From contig DATKAN010000025.1 of the NCBI GenBank assembly GCA_035498035.1, forward strand, positions 145,190 through 209,189: 64,000 bases of DNA, read 5' to 3'. Position numbers and translations under genes: made by a program. The notes beneath the pieces are model-generated. The model was not told where the DNA came from and did no database searches. It saw only the letters and a list, made by a program, of their open reading frames with translations. The stretch is from Nitrospiria bacterium. GTDB lineage: Bacteria; Nitrospirota; Nitrospiria; JACQBZ01. Every line of letters starts with the position of its first letter. Positions within the stretch are counted from its first letter, which is position 1. Of the stretch, positions 26,982-36,426 are shown in pieces.

Positions 26982-28415
26982 ATGACAACCTCCGCCAACG
27001 AAAAAGTCAGGGTCCGGTTTGCGCCAAGCCCGACCGGGTATCTCCATATCGGCGGCGTCCGAACGGCGCTCTTCAACTGGCTCTTCGCGCGGCACAACAA
27101 GGGGACCTTTATCCTTCGGATCGAGGACACCGACCGCTCGCGATCCACCGAAGAATCGATCCACACGATTCTCGACAGCATGCGCTGGCTCGGGCTGGAC
27201 TGGGACGAAGGGCCGGTACGGCAGATGGACCGTCTCCCCGTTTATAAGGAGCACGCCGACCGCCTCCTCAAAGAGGGCAAGGCCTACCTATGCTATTGCA
27301 CGCCGGAAGAACTGGAGCGGCGGCGAAAAGAAGCCCAGGCCAGGAAGCTCATTCCCCGTTATGACGGACGGTGTCGGGATCGGAAGGGCCCGGCTCCGGA
27401 CCTCCCGGCCGCGATTCGGTTCAAGGCCCCGCAAACCGGACAGACCCTCGTGAACGATCTGGTCAAGGGCCTCGTCCGGTTCGACAACGCGCAGTTAGAC
27501 GATCTGATCATGCTCCGCTCCGACGGCGTCCCGACCTACAACTTCGGCGTCGTGGTGGACGATTCCTTGATGGGAATCACCCACGTGATCCGCGGGGACG
27601 ATCATTTGAATAACACCCCGCGTCAAATCCAGATCTACCACGCCTTGGGCTATGCCCTTCCGAAATTCGCGCATCTGTCGATGATCCTCGGTCCGGACAA
27701 AAGCCGCCTTTCCAAGCGTCACGGCGCGACCTCGGTGGGGGAGTACCATGAGCAGGGCTATCTCCCGGAAGCCCTCATCAACTATCTGGCCCGCTTGGGC
27801 TGGTCGCACGGCGACCAGGAAGTCTTCAGCCGGGAGGAACTGGTCGAAAAATTTTCCCTCGACAGCATCACCTCTTCGCCTGCCGTTTTCAACCCGGAAA
27901 AGCTGCTCTGGTTGAACGGTCATTATATCCATGAGGCGGACAGCCGGCGGCTGGCCGAATTGCTCAAACCTATTCTGGCCGGGCAGGGACATACCGGCGA
28001 AGCGATGGATGACCTCGTTAGGGACAAGGTTATCACGGCGGTCAAGTCGCGTTCTCGCACGCTGATCGAGCTGGCGCAGGGGACCACCTTTTTCTTCAAA
28101 GAAGACCTGTCCTATGACGAATCCGCCCGGACCAAATTCCTGACGCCGGAAATCCGGCCGGTGCTGATCGAGCTCGTGAGCCGACTGGAGGCCGCGGCGG
28201 CCTTCTCTGCACCGGAGCTGGAAAAAACCTTTAAAGGGCTTCTTGACCAGAACGGGTTGAAGCTGGCCCAATTGGCCCAACCCGTCCGCGTGGCCCTCAC
28301 CGGCCGCACGGTGAGTCCCGGAATCTACGAGGTGATGGAGATCCTCGGGAAGGAGCGCAGCCTCGCCCGTCTAAAACAAGCGACCGACTGGATCACGACC
28401 CGTAACCCGAAGTAG
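26982..28415 (+). CDS. gltX: Glutamate--tRNA ligase
   Basis: RFAPSPTGYLHIGGVRTALFNW (HIGH region) and a KLSKRH-like KMSKS motif (RLSKRHG). Start moved to the Met (MTTSANEK...) 120 nt downstream of the ORF-track start. Confidence 0.9.
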   Translation: MTTSANEKVRVRFAPSPTGYLHIGGVRTALFNWLFARHNKGTFILRIEDTDRSRSTEESIHTILDSMRWLGLDWDEGPVRQMDRLPVYKEHADRLLKEGKAYLCYCTPEELERRRKEAQARKLIPRYDGRCRDRKGPAPDLPAAIRFKAPQTGQTLVNDLVKGLVRFDNAQLDDLIMLRSDGVPTYNFGVVVDDSLMGITHVIRGDDHLNNTPRQIQIYHALGYALPKFAHLSMILGPDKSRLSKRHGATSVGEYHEQGYLPEALINYLARLGWSHGDQEVFSREELVEKFSLDSITSSPAVFNPEKLLWLNGHYIHEADSRRLAELLKPILAGQGHTGEAMDDLVRDKVITAVKSRSRTLIELAQGTTFFFKEDLSYDESARTKFLTPEIRPVLIELVSRLEAAAAFSAPELEKTFKGLLDQNGLKLAQLAQPVRVALTGRTVSPGIYEVMEILGKERSLARLKQATDWITTRNPK

Positions 28416-28461
28416 CTGCTTTTCAACAAAAGATGAAGGCCCTTGCACCGAACCGGGGATT

Positions 28462-29028
28462 TTGATGGAGGTGTTCATGATAAACGCGAAGGGTGTAATC
28501 AAGGGATTGCGATTGTTTGTTTTGCTTGGATCGATGATCGGAACCGCCGCCTGTTCCACGGTCACGGTGAAATCAAGCGCCAAATATGACCCAAACTTCG
28601 ACTACGCCCGTTTCAAGACCTTCAACTGGATGCCGAAGTCCGCATCGAGCGAAAACCTTCAACAGACCGCGGCCGCCGCGGAGGTGGGCCAGATGATCGA
28701 GTCCGAGGTGGAGAAGGGGCTGGAGGCACGAGGATTCAATAAATCTACCGCCGGGAAACCCGACTTTTACCTGAATTATCACGCCCGCGTCCAGACCAGA
28801 GTTGAACCCCAAGTCGTGACCTACAACTGCGGGCGGGGAATTTGCGGCCAGGGAATGGATATGAATCAGGTCAGGGAAGGAACGCTGATCCTGGACATCA
28901 TCCAGGCCGACAGCAACGATGTGGTCTGGCAGGGAACGGCAGTCGCCGAGGTCGGGGATCCGTCCAGACGAAAGGAAATTATTGAAACGGCGGTCCGTCA
29001 GTTGCTCAGCGTGTTTCCTCCCAAATAA
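28462..29028 (+). CDS. Lipoprotein, DUF4136-like family, paralog 1 of a tandem array
   Basis: Signal peptide plus lipobox (GTAACS). Conserved blocks shared with the two downstream paralogs: NF.R.KT..W, Y.CG..IC.QG, REG.L.LDII.ADS..VVW.GTAV and GDP..R. A later Met (28477) is also a possible start. Confidence 0.6.
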   Translation: MMEVFMINAKGVIKGLRLFVLLGSMIGTAACSTVTVKSSAKYDPNFDYARFKTFNWMPKSASSENLQQTAAAAEVGQMIESEVEKGLEARGFNKSTAGKPDFYLNYHARVQTRVEPQVVTYNCGRGICGQGMDMNQVREGTLILDIIQADSNDVVWQGTAVAEVGDPSRRKEIIETAVRQLLSVFPPK

Positions 29029-29082
29029 AAAAGGATCCCGCGGGGCCCGGGAAAAAAAAAGAACCGGCGCCACTTCACAGAC

Positions 29083-29643
29083 TTGTCAACGAAAAATACG
29101 AACAGGGCGATGAAAGGGCTCCACCTTCTTTTACTGTTCTATATTACAACCTGGGCCGCCGCCTGCTCCACAATTACGGTGAACACGGTCTACGAGCCGG
29201 GCATCAATTTTGCCCGATTGAAGACCTACGCCTGGGTGCAACGACCGAAGGACAGTGATAACCTTCAGGAGGTGATCACGGCCGGGCGGGTGGGCTATAT
29301 CATCGAGGGGGCGGTGGAAAAAGAGTTGGCCGCCCGCGGCTATGAGAAAGAAAACAGAGCGGGTGTAAAACCGGGCTTTTTTGTGGCCTACCGCGCACAA
29401 GTTAAGGAAAAGATGGAGCCGAGGGCGATCACCTACTCGTGTGGAGAAAGTATTTGTCCGCAGGGGATCGATTTGGTAAAAATCAGGGAGGGGATGCTGG
29501 TGCTGGACATCATCGAGGCCGATTCAAACCGGGTGGTCTGGCGGGGTACGGCGGTCGGGTTGATCGGGGATCCGTCCAAAAGACAGGAGGCGATTGAAGG
29601 AGCTGTCGGCCGCCTGCTTCAAAACTTTCCCCCGAAACAATGA
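29083..29643 (+). CDS. Lipoprotein, DUF4136-like family, paralog 2
   Basis: Lipobox WAAACS and the same conserved blocks. The Met at 29110 (MKGLHLLLLF...) is an alternative start. Confidence 0.6.
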   Translation: MSTKNTNRAMKGLHLLLLFYITTWAAACSTITVNTVYEPGINFARLKTYAWVQRPKDSDNLQEVITAGRVGYIIEGAVEKELAARGYEKENRAGVKPGFFVAYRAQVKEKMEPRAITYSCGESICPQGIDLVKIREGMLVLDIIEADSNRVVWRGTAVGLIGDPSKRQEAIEGAVGRLLQNFPPKQ

Positions 29644-29866
29644 AGGCGACCTCACGGAATTTGATGCCGCATCATCATCGCACAGATGACGTCCAGGATT
29701 TTTGAATTCGTCCGCACGTTGCCAAACCGTTTCCGCATCCGTGCCCGAAGCTATCCCGCAAGAAAGCGATTGACTTGATCTGCCCGGGTATTTCAAAATA
29801 GAGCCCCTTGCTTTTAAATTCGTTGGCAACCCGAATCTCGAACGGGACGAAAAAAAGAATAAATTC

Positions 29867-30394
29867 ATGAACAGAGTCCGCACATTTTTCTTTTTAAGCA
29901 TGATGACCTGGGCGACGGCCTGTAGTTCCTTCACGGTCACTTCGGCCTATGAGCCAACCGTAAATTTTTCCCAGATGAGGACTTATGACTGGATGCCCCG
30001 GAACGAAATAACCGACAAACCTCCGGAGACGGCCATTGCCGCACAAGTGGGCCAACTGATCAAAGAGGCGGTGGAAAATGGAATGACGAAGCGCGGATAC
30101 GTAAAACGAAGCGGGGAGAACCCGGATTTTTTTCTGGCCTACCACGCGTCGGTCGAGGACAAGGTGGAGCCGCGGGTGGCAGACTACTATTGCGGAACTC
30201 GGATTTGCAATCAGGGAATAACGATCGACCGGTACAGGGAAGGGACGCTGGTGCTGGACATCATCAAGGCCGACTCAAAGGAAGTGGTCTGGCGCGGAAC
30301 GGCGGTCGGCATCGTAGGGGATCCGACGAAACGTAAGGCCCTCATCGATGAAGCGGTGAACGAAATCCTGAACCAATTCCCGCCGAAAAAATAG
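29867..30394 (+). CDS. Lipoprotein, DUF4136-like family, paralog 3
   Basis: Lipobox WATACS and the same conserved blocks. Confidence 0.6.
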   Translation: MNRVRTFFFLSMMTWATACSSFTVTSAYEPTVNFSQMRTYDWMPRNEITDKPPETAIAAQVGQLIKEAVENGMTKRGYVKRSGENPDFFLAYHASVEDKVEPRVADYYCGTRICNQGITIDRYREGTLVLDIIKADSKEVVWRGTAVGIVGDPTKRKALIDEAVNEILNQFPPKK

Positions 30395-30467
30395 GAAATC
30401 CTCACGGGCTCGCCCTCGGGGAGTCCTCCGGCGAGCCCGCGGCTTATATGATTCCAGGTGGCATTCG

Positions 30468-31631
30468 ATGATCGGGTTTGTCGCTCTTGGATTCCTACAG
30501 GTCATCTTAATTTTTGCGGTATTATATTACCGCGCAAGGCTCCGGCGTTCCATCCTCAAGACCGGCGCCATGCAGGAGAGGTTCGGGACTCTTGCCAATG
30601 GCGCACCCGTGCTTATCTGGATGGCGGGGCCTGATAAGCTCTGCACGTATTTCAACAAGCGCTGGCTTGATTTCACCGGACGAACAATGGAACAGGAGCT
30701 TGGAAACGGGTGGGCGGATGGGGTTCACCCTGACGATTTTCACCGGTGTCTCGATACCTATATCACTGCATTCGACCGGAGAGAACTCTTTGAGATGGAA
30801 TACCGGCTCCGCCGCGCGGACGGCCATTATCGCTGGATCTTTGATACGGGCAGCCCGTTGTTTTCCGAAGGCACTTTCCTTGGTTACATCGGGTCCTGTA
30901 TCGACATTACCGATCGCAAGGAGATGGAAGAAACCCTGCGAAAGAACGAGGCGGCTCTTCGGTGGAGCCAGAGCGACCTCCAGAAACTGGCCTCCAGGTT
31001 GTTGACGTCGCAGGAAGAAGATATGCGACAGCTGGCCCGGGATCTCCATGATGACTTGACGCAAAGACTGGCCGTCCTGGCCATCGACGCCGGATTGCTT
31101 GAGCAAAAGTGCGCGGCCAGCCCTCCGGAGGTTCATCAGAAGCTTGCGGATATCAAAAAGAAATTGATCAAGATATCCGAAGACGTCCATAACCTCTCTC
31201 GCCAGATCCATCCTTCCATTATCGACGATCTTGGATTGATCCACGCCATTGAGGCGGAATGCTACGCCTTTGCCAAGAGCACCGGCATCGTCGTATCGTT
31301 CTCCCCCGAGTCAATTCCGGGACCGATTCCGCAGGATATTTCACTTTGCATATACCGGGTGATTCAGGAAGGCCTCCGGAATGTCGCCAAACATTCCAAA
31401 GCCGAGGAGGCCCATATTTCCCTTGCCGGCGAACCGGCAGGCCTGCGTCTCACCGTTCGGGACGCCGGGACAGGCTTCGACATGAACGAAGTAAGACATA
31501 AGGCCGGCCTCGGCTTCACCGGTATGAGAGAGCGGGTTCGTTTAATTCATGGCTCAATGTCCATAAACTCGGAGCCGGGGAAAGGCACGGTGGTGGAAGT
31601 CTTTGTTCCGTTCCCGGAGAAAAACCCATGA
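30468..31631 (+). CDS. Sensor histidine kinase (TM, PAS, HisKA_3, HATPase_c; NarL-partner type)
   Basis: N-terminal TM segment, a PAS fold (WMAGPDKLCTYFNKRWLDFTG...YRWIFDTGSPLF), an H-box in LARDLHDDLTQRLAVL, and the G1/G2 boxes RDAGTGF and GLGFTGMRERV. Confidence 0.8.
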   Translation: MIGFVALGFLQVILIFAVLYYRARLRRSILKTGAMQERFGTLANGAPVLIWMAGPDKLCTYFNKRWLDFTGRTMEQELGNGWADGVHPDDFHRCLDTYITAFDRRELFEMEYRLRRADGHYRWIFDTGSPLFSEGTFLGYIGSCIDITDRKEMEETLRKNEAALRWSQSDLQKLASRLLTSQEEDMRQLARDLHDDLTQRLAVLAIDAGLLEQKCAASPPEVHQKLADIKKKLIKISEDVHNLSRQIHPSIIDDLGLIHAIEAECYAFAKSTGIVVSFSPESIPGPIPQDISLCIYRVIQEGLRNVAKHSKAEEAHISLAGEPAGLRLTVRDAGTGFDMNEVRHKAGLGFTGMRERVRLIHGSMSINSEPGKGTVVEVFVPFPEKNP

Positions 31632-32269
31632 CGAAGGCGCGTGTGATTCTTGCCGATGATCATAAAATTGTGATCGAGGGACTGAAAAGTCTTCTGGAGC
31701 CCGAATTTGATATTGTTGGGACGGTTCAAGATGGGCGCGAGCTCATCAACTCCGCCCAGAAACTTAGCCCTGATGTCATCGTGGTCGACATCAGCATGCC
31801 CGGGTTAAACGGGATTGAAGCGGTTCAATTTCTCAAACACACTCAAGAAAATGTCAAAGTTGTCTTTCTCACCATGCACCCCGATGTGGCCTACGCGGTG
31901 AAGGCCTTCGAATCGGGCGCCTCGGGTTATGTCCTGAAACATTCGGCCCCCGAGGAACTTATTACGGCCATCCGGGAATCGCTGAAAGGCCGGACCTACG
32001 TGACGCCGCTGATCGCCGGAGAGCTGATGCAGTCCTATAAGGCAGGGTCCCACCGGGATAGGGATACCCTCAACCAGCTCACATCGAGACAGCGTCAGGT
32101 CCTTCAGCTTTTGGCCGAGGGGCATTCCGCCAAGGAAATTGCCACGATTCTGGATATTTCGGTGAGGACGGTGGAATTCCACAAATATCGAATGATGGAA
32201 GACCTCGGAATTAATAACGGGGCCGATTTGATCCGTTATGCGATCAAGCACCGGGTTGTCTCTATTTGA
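31628..32269 (+). CDS. Response regulator, NarL/LuxR family (REC plus HTH_LuxR)
   Basis: ILADDH...VVDISMPGLNG receiver domain and a C-terminal LTSRQRQVLQLLAEGHSAKEIATILDISVRTVEFHKYR. Overlaps the HK stop (ATGA). Confidence 0.85.
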   Translation: MTKARVILADDHKIVIEGLKSLLEPEFDIVGTVQDGRELINSAQKLSPDVIVVDISMPGLNGIEAVQFLKHTQENVKVVFLTMHPDVAYAVKAFESGASGYVLKHSAPEELITAIRESLKGRTYVTPLIAGELMQSYKAGSHRDRDTLNQLTSRQRQVLQLLAEGHSAKEIATILDISVRTVEFHKYRMMEDLGINNGADLIRYAIKHRVVSI

Positions 32270-32428
32270 AGTGATCCTTGAGGACATTATTTTCGAAAAA
32301 CCCGTATTTTCCCTAGTTGTGTTCCCTGCCAATCTCTAGTACATCTTCGCATACAACATAAAATCACTCACGATTGATGGCGACGTTTCAGGCGGACTGT
32401 CGGAGCCCGTTTGAAAGGACGGAGGAGA

Positions 32429-32833
32429 ATGCAAAGGCCCCGAATACTTTTGGCCGATTCACATCTTGGTATGCTGGAGGGCCTCCGGGACCTCCTGGAA
32501 GCCTCGGTGGATGTGATTTATATGGTTGTGAATGAAAAATCCCTGGTGGACGCCGTGGCCAGGGCCGCGCCCGACCTCATCATCGTGGACCTCTCCATGC
32601 CCGTAGCGTCGGAGGCCAATGTGGTCCGCCTCCTTCGAAGATTACGCCCTGAAATTCCTGTCATCGTTTTAAGCGTCCATGACGATCAAGCGGTCCTTCA
32701 TGAGTGCCTTGCCGCCGGGGCCAAAGGGGTTGTGCTTAAACGGACAGCCGTCATCGATCTCGTTCCGGCCGTGGAAACCGTGATGAAAGGGGGAAACTAT
32801 GTGTCCCCATCCATACGTTCAGCCCCCAATTAA
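32429..32833 (+). CDS. Stand-alone receiver (REC) domain protein
   Basis: RILLADSHLG...DLIIVDLSMP...IPVIVLSVHDD receiver pattern with no output domain. Start set at the Met after GGAGGAG; the ORF-track start at 32411 is also possible. Confidence 0.6.
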   Translation: MQRPRILLADSHLGMLEGLRDLLEASVDVIYMVVNEKSLVDAVARAAPDLIIVDLSMPVASEANVVRLLRRLRPEIPVIVLSVHDDQAVLHECLAAGAKGVVLKRTAVIDLVPAVETVMKGGNYVSPSIRSAPN

Positions 32834-32882
32834 CCGCGTGAGGCGATTCTTCACGCTCGAATTTTCCTTGAAGGAGATAATC

Positions 32883-33515
32883 ATGATGAAAACTATATAT
32901 TTATCGGCCGCCATGACCCTATTCGGGGCGATCCTCCTTTCCTCTTGCGCCTCCACGCAAGTGACGGCCGCCTGGAGGGACGACGCCTATACCCAAACCC
33001 CCCAAAAAGCCCTGGTGTTACTCGTCACCGGGAAACCCACCCTCCTGCGGGTATTCGAGGACGAGTTCTCTCGGCAACTGAAAACCCGGGGCATCGAGGC
33101 GGTTCCCGGGTACAGCCTGCTCCCGCTGGACCGGAAGCTTGATAAAGAGGAAATCGCGGCCGCGGCGGAAAAAATCCATGCGGATACGGTTTTAATCACC
33201 CGTCTCGTGGACAAGAAATCCTACGAAACCTACTATCCGGGCAGCGTGTACGCCACACATCCCGGAGCGTACAATCCCGGCTGGAATGACTATTACTCAA
33301 GAGGCTTTGACTATTACCAGGCCACCCCCGGATACACCGTCCAGCGGGACATCCTGTATGTCGAAACCCAACTCTACGACGTCAGCAATCAACACCTGAT
33401 CTGGTCGGTCATGACCGAAACGCTCGTTGGCGATCCCATGGAAACGGAGGTGCGATCGTTTGTAAAAATCATAATGAAAAACCTGTCGCAGAATCGCCTC
33501 GTGGAAAAGCAGTGA
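32883..33515 (+). CDS. Lipoprotein, distant member of the same DUF4136-like family
   Basis: Signal peptide plus lipobox (LLSSCAS). C-terminal DILYVETQLYDVSNQHLIWSVMTE parallels the LVLDII.ADS..VVWRGTAV block. AAGGAG RBS before the ATG at 32883. Confidence 0.55.
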   Translation: MMKTIYLSAAMTLFGAILLSSCASTQVTAAWRDDAYTQTPQKALVLLVTGKPTLLRVFEDEFSRQLKTRGIEAVPGYSLLPLDRKLDKEEIAAAAEKIHADTVLITRLVDKKSYETYYPGSVYATHPGAYNPGWNDYYSRGFDYYQATPGYTVQRDILYVETQLYDVSNQHLIWSVMTETLVGDPMETEVRSFVKIIMKNLSQNRLVEKQ

Positions 33516-33680
33516 AAATGGAGCCGACGGAATTCGGCCGGATCGAGGATCCGGAAAAGGACCGAAAGATCGCTTGACCAAAGAAACCGGTTGACATGCT
33601 CCCCCCCGATGCCTCAGAATGATCCCCCGTCGGTCCATGTCCGGCCATTTCAAAGACCGTTATCATAGATCATACAAGGT

Positions 33681-33754
33681 TGGGGGATCGTCTAATGGCA
33701 GGACGACAGACTCTGACTCTGTCTATCGAGGTTCGAATCCTCGTCCCCCAGCCA
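33681..33754 (+). tRNA. tRNA-Gln (anticodon CUG)
   Basis: Cloverleaf: acceptor UGGGGGA/UCCCCCA with U1-A72, G73 and an encoded CCA; anticodon stem GACAGA/UCUGUC with loop CUCUGAC; T-arm GAGGUUCGAAUCCUCG, identical to E. coli tRNA-Gln. Confidence 0.8.
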
Positions 33755-33943
33755 ATAGTTCACCCGGCCGATTTCAAGCCCCGTAATTTCAAATTCAAGG
33801 CCCCGGAAGCGAGCCGGCGACTGCCCGGCGTCTCCGACCTGGTAAATTTACTAAGCGGTGCTTCCCCGAGTTGAAACGGAAGGCCGGTCGTTTAAGATGC
33901 GGACAAGGCTCCCAGCGCCGGAAAAGGATAGGGTCGTCGTCCA

Positions 33944-34561
33944 TTGCCGAAGTTATTACTCTTCACCATAATTATAATCCTTGTCGGGTCGCTCCCCGGA
34001 GCGGCCGCCGCGGCCTCGGGAATCGAAATCACCCCCTTCGCAGGGTTTCGATTCGGCGGTGTGTTTGAGGACGCCAACACCGGCGAGAGAATCGGGATCG
34101 ATGAATCCGGGAGCTTCGGTCTGATGCTCGATTTCGACCTTGAGCCCGCCAAACAGATCGAGGTTTACCTGAGTCGCCAGAAAACCAAGCTTTCGGAAGG
34201 GGGGACGGTCACCGGCGATCCGAATTTCGACCTCACCGTCGACTATTACCACATCGGCGGCCTCTATGAGCTCGAAGGGGATCGCGTCCGACCGTTTGTT
34301 GCGGGGACATTCGGTCTCACCCGTATGGACCCGGAGGGGGCGGATCGGTCCACGGAATATCATTTTTCGCTGGCCCTCGGCGGAGGGGCCAAGATCCCCC
34401 TGACGGAACGTCTCGGTCTTCGGTTTGATGCACGCGGCATCTTCACCGCGGTAAACTCCAACACCACGATCTTTTGCTCCGGCGGCGGCTGCACCATTCG
34501 GGTGCAAGGCGGCGGGGTCCTTCAGGGGGAACTGACCGTGGGATTGACGTTTAAGTTGTGA
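33944..34561 (+). CDS. Outer-membrane beta-barrel protein (OmpW/OmpA-beta-barrel-like, about 8 strands)
   Basis: Signal peptide MPKLLLFTIIIILVGSLPGAAAAAS, alternating hydrophobic beta-strand pattern, and a C-terminal aromatic/Leu residue (TFKL). Confidence 0.55.
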   Translation: MPKLLLFTIIIILVGSLPGAAAAASGIEITPFAGFRFGGVFEDANTGERIGIDESGSFGLMLDFDLEPAKQIEVYLSRQKTKLSEGGTVTGDPNFDLTVDYYHIGGLYELEGDRVRPFVAGTFGLTRMDPEGADRSTEYHFSLALGGGAKIPLTERLGLRFDARGIFTAVNSNTTIFCSGGGCTIRVQGGGVLQGELTVGLTFKL

Positions 34562-34747
34562 CTTTATGGAATCCGTGAGGCCTATTCAGGCGAAGGGTGT
34601 ATTTTAAATTTCTCGATCGATCCCGAAGTGCATCCTAATCATTCTCGGAACCACGTTTCCTGAAGCCCCGTATTTTTGCGAGTTGAAACTGGGACCCCTC
34701 CCTTCCTATAATCTTTGTTGGATGGTCGGATACGGGAGGAAGAAAAA

Positions 34748-36424
34748 ATGACGGCGCTTTCCCCCCTGGCAGGCAAGCCCGCCACAAAAGAGATGTTGGT
34801 GGACGTAGCCCGGCTGGAACGCGATTATTACGAGAAGCGGACCGATGTCGCGGATCCCAACCAGCGGGTGAGTTTCGGCACCAGCGGGCACCGGGGCTCG
34901 CCCTTGCGCGGCTCATTTACCGAAGCCCACATCCTGGCCATCACCCAGGCGATCTGCGACTACCGTCACAGCCGGGGCACGGACGGCCCGCTCTACATGG
35001 GCAAGGACACGCACGCGGTGTCCGGTCCGGCCCAGCGGACCGCGCTCGAGGTCCTGGCGGCCAACCGCGTCGAGACCGTCATTCAAAAGGAGGACGGGGT
35101 GACGCCGACGCCGTCGGTCTCCCGGGCCATCCTCGCCTACAACCGCGGCCGCAAGACTCACCTGGCCGACGGCATCGTCGTTACGCCGTCGCACAATCCG
35201 CCGGAGGACGGCGGATTCAAGTACAACCCGACCCACGGCGGACCGGCCGAAACCGAGGTCACGCACTGGATCCAGGACCGGGCCAACGAGCTTTTACAAA
35301 AGGGCAACGCCGGGGTCAAGCGCGTGCCGTTTTCCACGGCGATCAAAGCGGAGACCCTCCGACAGGAAGACTTCCTCCTGCCCTACGTCAACGACCTGCG
35401 AAACGTCATCGATTTGGACGCCATCCGCGCGGCGGGGCTCAAGTTGGCCGTGGACCCGCTCGGAGGCGCCGCCCAACCCTATTGGGAACCGATCAACGCC
35501 ATTTACGGGATCGACATCGCCGTCGTCAATCCCGCGATCGACCCGACCTTTTCTTTCATGACGGTCGATTACGACGGGCGGATCCGAATGGACTGTTCCA
35601 GCCCGTACGCCATGGCCCGGCTCGTCGGGCTGAAGGACAAGTACCGCTTGGCATTCGCCAACGACGCCGACGCGGACCGCCACGGGATCGTCACCCCCTC
35701 TTCCGGCTTGATGAACCCCAACCACTATCTGGCGGTCGCCATCCGCTATCTCCTCACGCACCGTCCCCTCTGGTCGGTCCAGTCCGCCGTCGGCAAGACG
35801 CTGGTCAGCAGCAGCATGATCGACCGCGTTGTGCAGAAGCTCGGCCGCCGTCTATCCGAGGTTCCGGTGGGCTTCAAATGGTTTGCCCCCGGACTGTTCG
35901 ACGGCTCGTATTGCTTCGGAGGCGAGGAGAGCGCCGGGGCGAGCTTTTTACGACGCGACGGCCGGGTCTGGACGACCGACAAGGACGGCCTGGTCATGAA
36001 CCTGCTTGCGGCCGAGATCACCGCCTGCACCGGCCGGGATCCCGGCGAGCATTATCGGGAATTGACCGATGATTTCGGGGCGCCCCACTACACGCGCGTG
36101 GACACGCCCGCGACGCCCGAGCAGAAGGCGAAATTGGAAAAACTGTCACCCGAGGCGGTCACGGCGGCGACACTGGCGGGCGAACCGATCACGGCCAAGC
36201 TGACACGCGCCCCGGGCAACGGTGCTCCGATCGGCGGGCTCAAGGTCGTGACAGCCAGCGGGTGGTTTGCGGCCCGGCCTTCCGGCACGGAGAACCTCTA
36301 CAAGATTTACGCGGAGAGCTTCAAGGATCCGGCTCATCTGGACGCGATTGTGAGCGAGGCCCAAAAGATCGTCAACAATGCGTTGGAATCATCCAAGCCC
36401 GGACGCGACCGGCAAAGGGATTGA
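34748..36424 (+). CDS. pgm: Phosphoglucomutase (alpha-D-glucose phosphate-specific)
   Basis: Active-site FGTSGHRGS, a GGPAETEV-type metal loop and a C-terminal sugar-binding region. Start at the Met after the GGAGG RBS ([10 protein letters not shown]...). Confidence 0.85.
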   Translation: MTALSPLAGKPATKEMLVDVARLERDYYEKRTDVADPNQRVSFGTSGHRGSPLRGSFTEAHILAITQAICDYRHSRGTDGPLYMGKDTHAVSGPAQRTALEVLAANRVETVIQKEDGVTPTPSVSRAILAYNRGRKTHLADGIVVTPSHNPPEDGGFKYNPTHGGPAETEVTHWIQDRANELLQKGNAGVKRVPFSTAIKAETLRQEDFLLPYVNDLRNVIDLDAIRAAGLKLAVDPLGGAAQPYWEPINAIYGIDIAVVNPAIDPTFSFMTVDYDGRIRMDCSSPYAMARLVGLKDKYRLAFANDADADRHGIVTPSSGLMNPNHYLAVAIRYLLTHRPLWSVQSAVGKTLVSSSMIDRVVQKLGRRLSEVPVGFKWFAPGLFDGSYCFGGEESAGASFLRRDGRVWTTDKDGLVMNLLAAEITACTGRDPGEHYRELTDDFGAPHYTRVDTPATPEQKAKLEKLSPEAVTAATLAGEPITAKLTRAPGNGAPIGGLKVVTASGWFAARPSGTENLYKIYAESFKDPAHLDAIVSEAQKIVNNALESSKPGRDRQRD

Positions 36425-36426
36425 CC

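Noticed and set aside
33681-33754. Alternative reading of the tRNA as tRNA-Arg(TCT), using stem GACAG/CTGTC
   Set aside because: That register puts C at position 33 and G at 37. The CUG register gives U33/A37, and the whole molecule aligns closely with tRNA-Gln: U1-A72, G73 and an identical T-arm.
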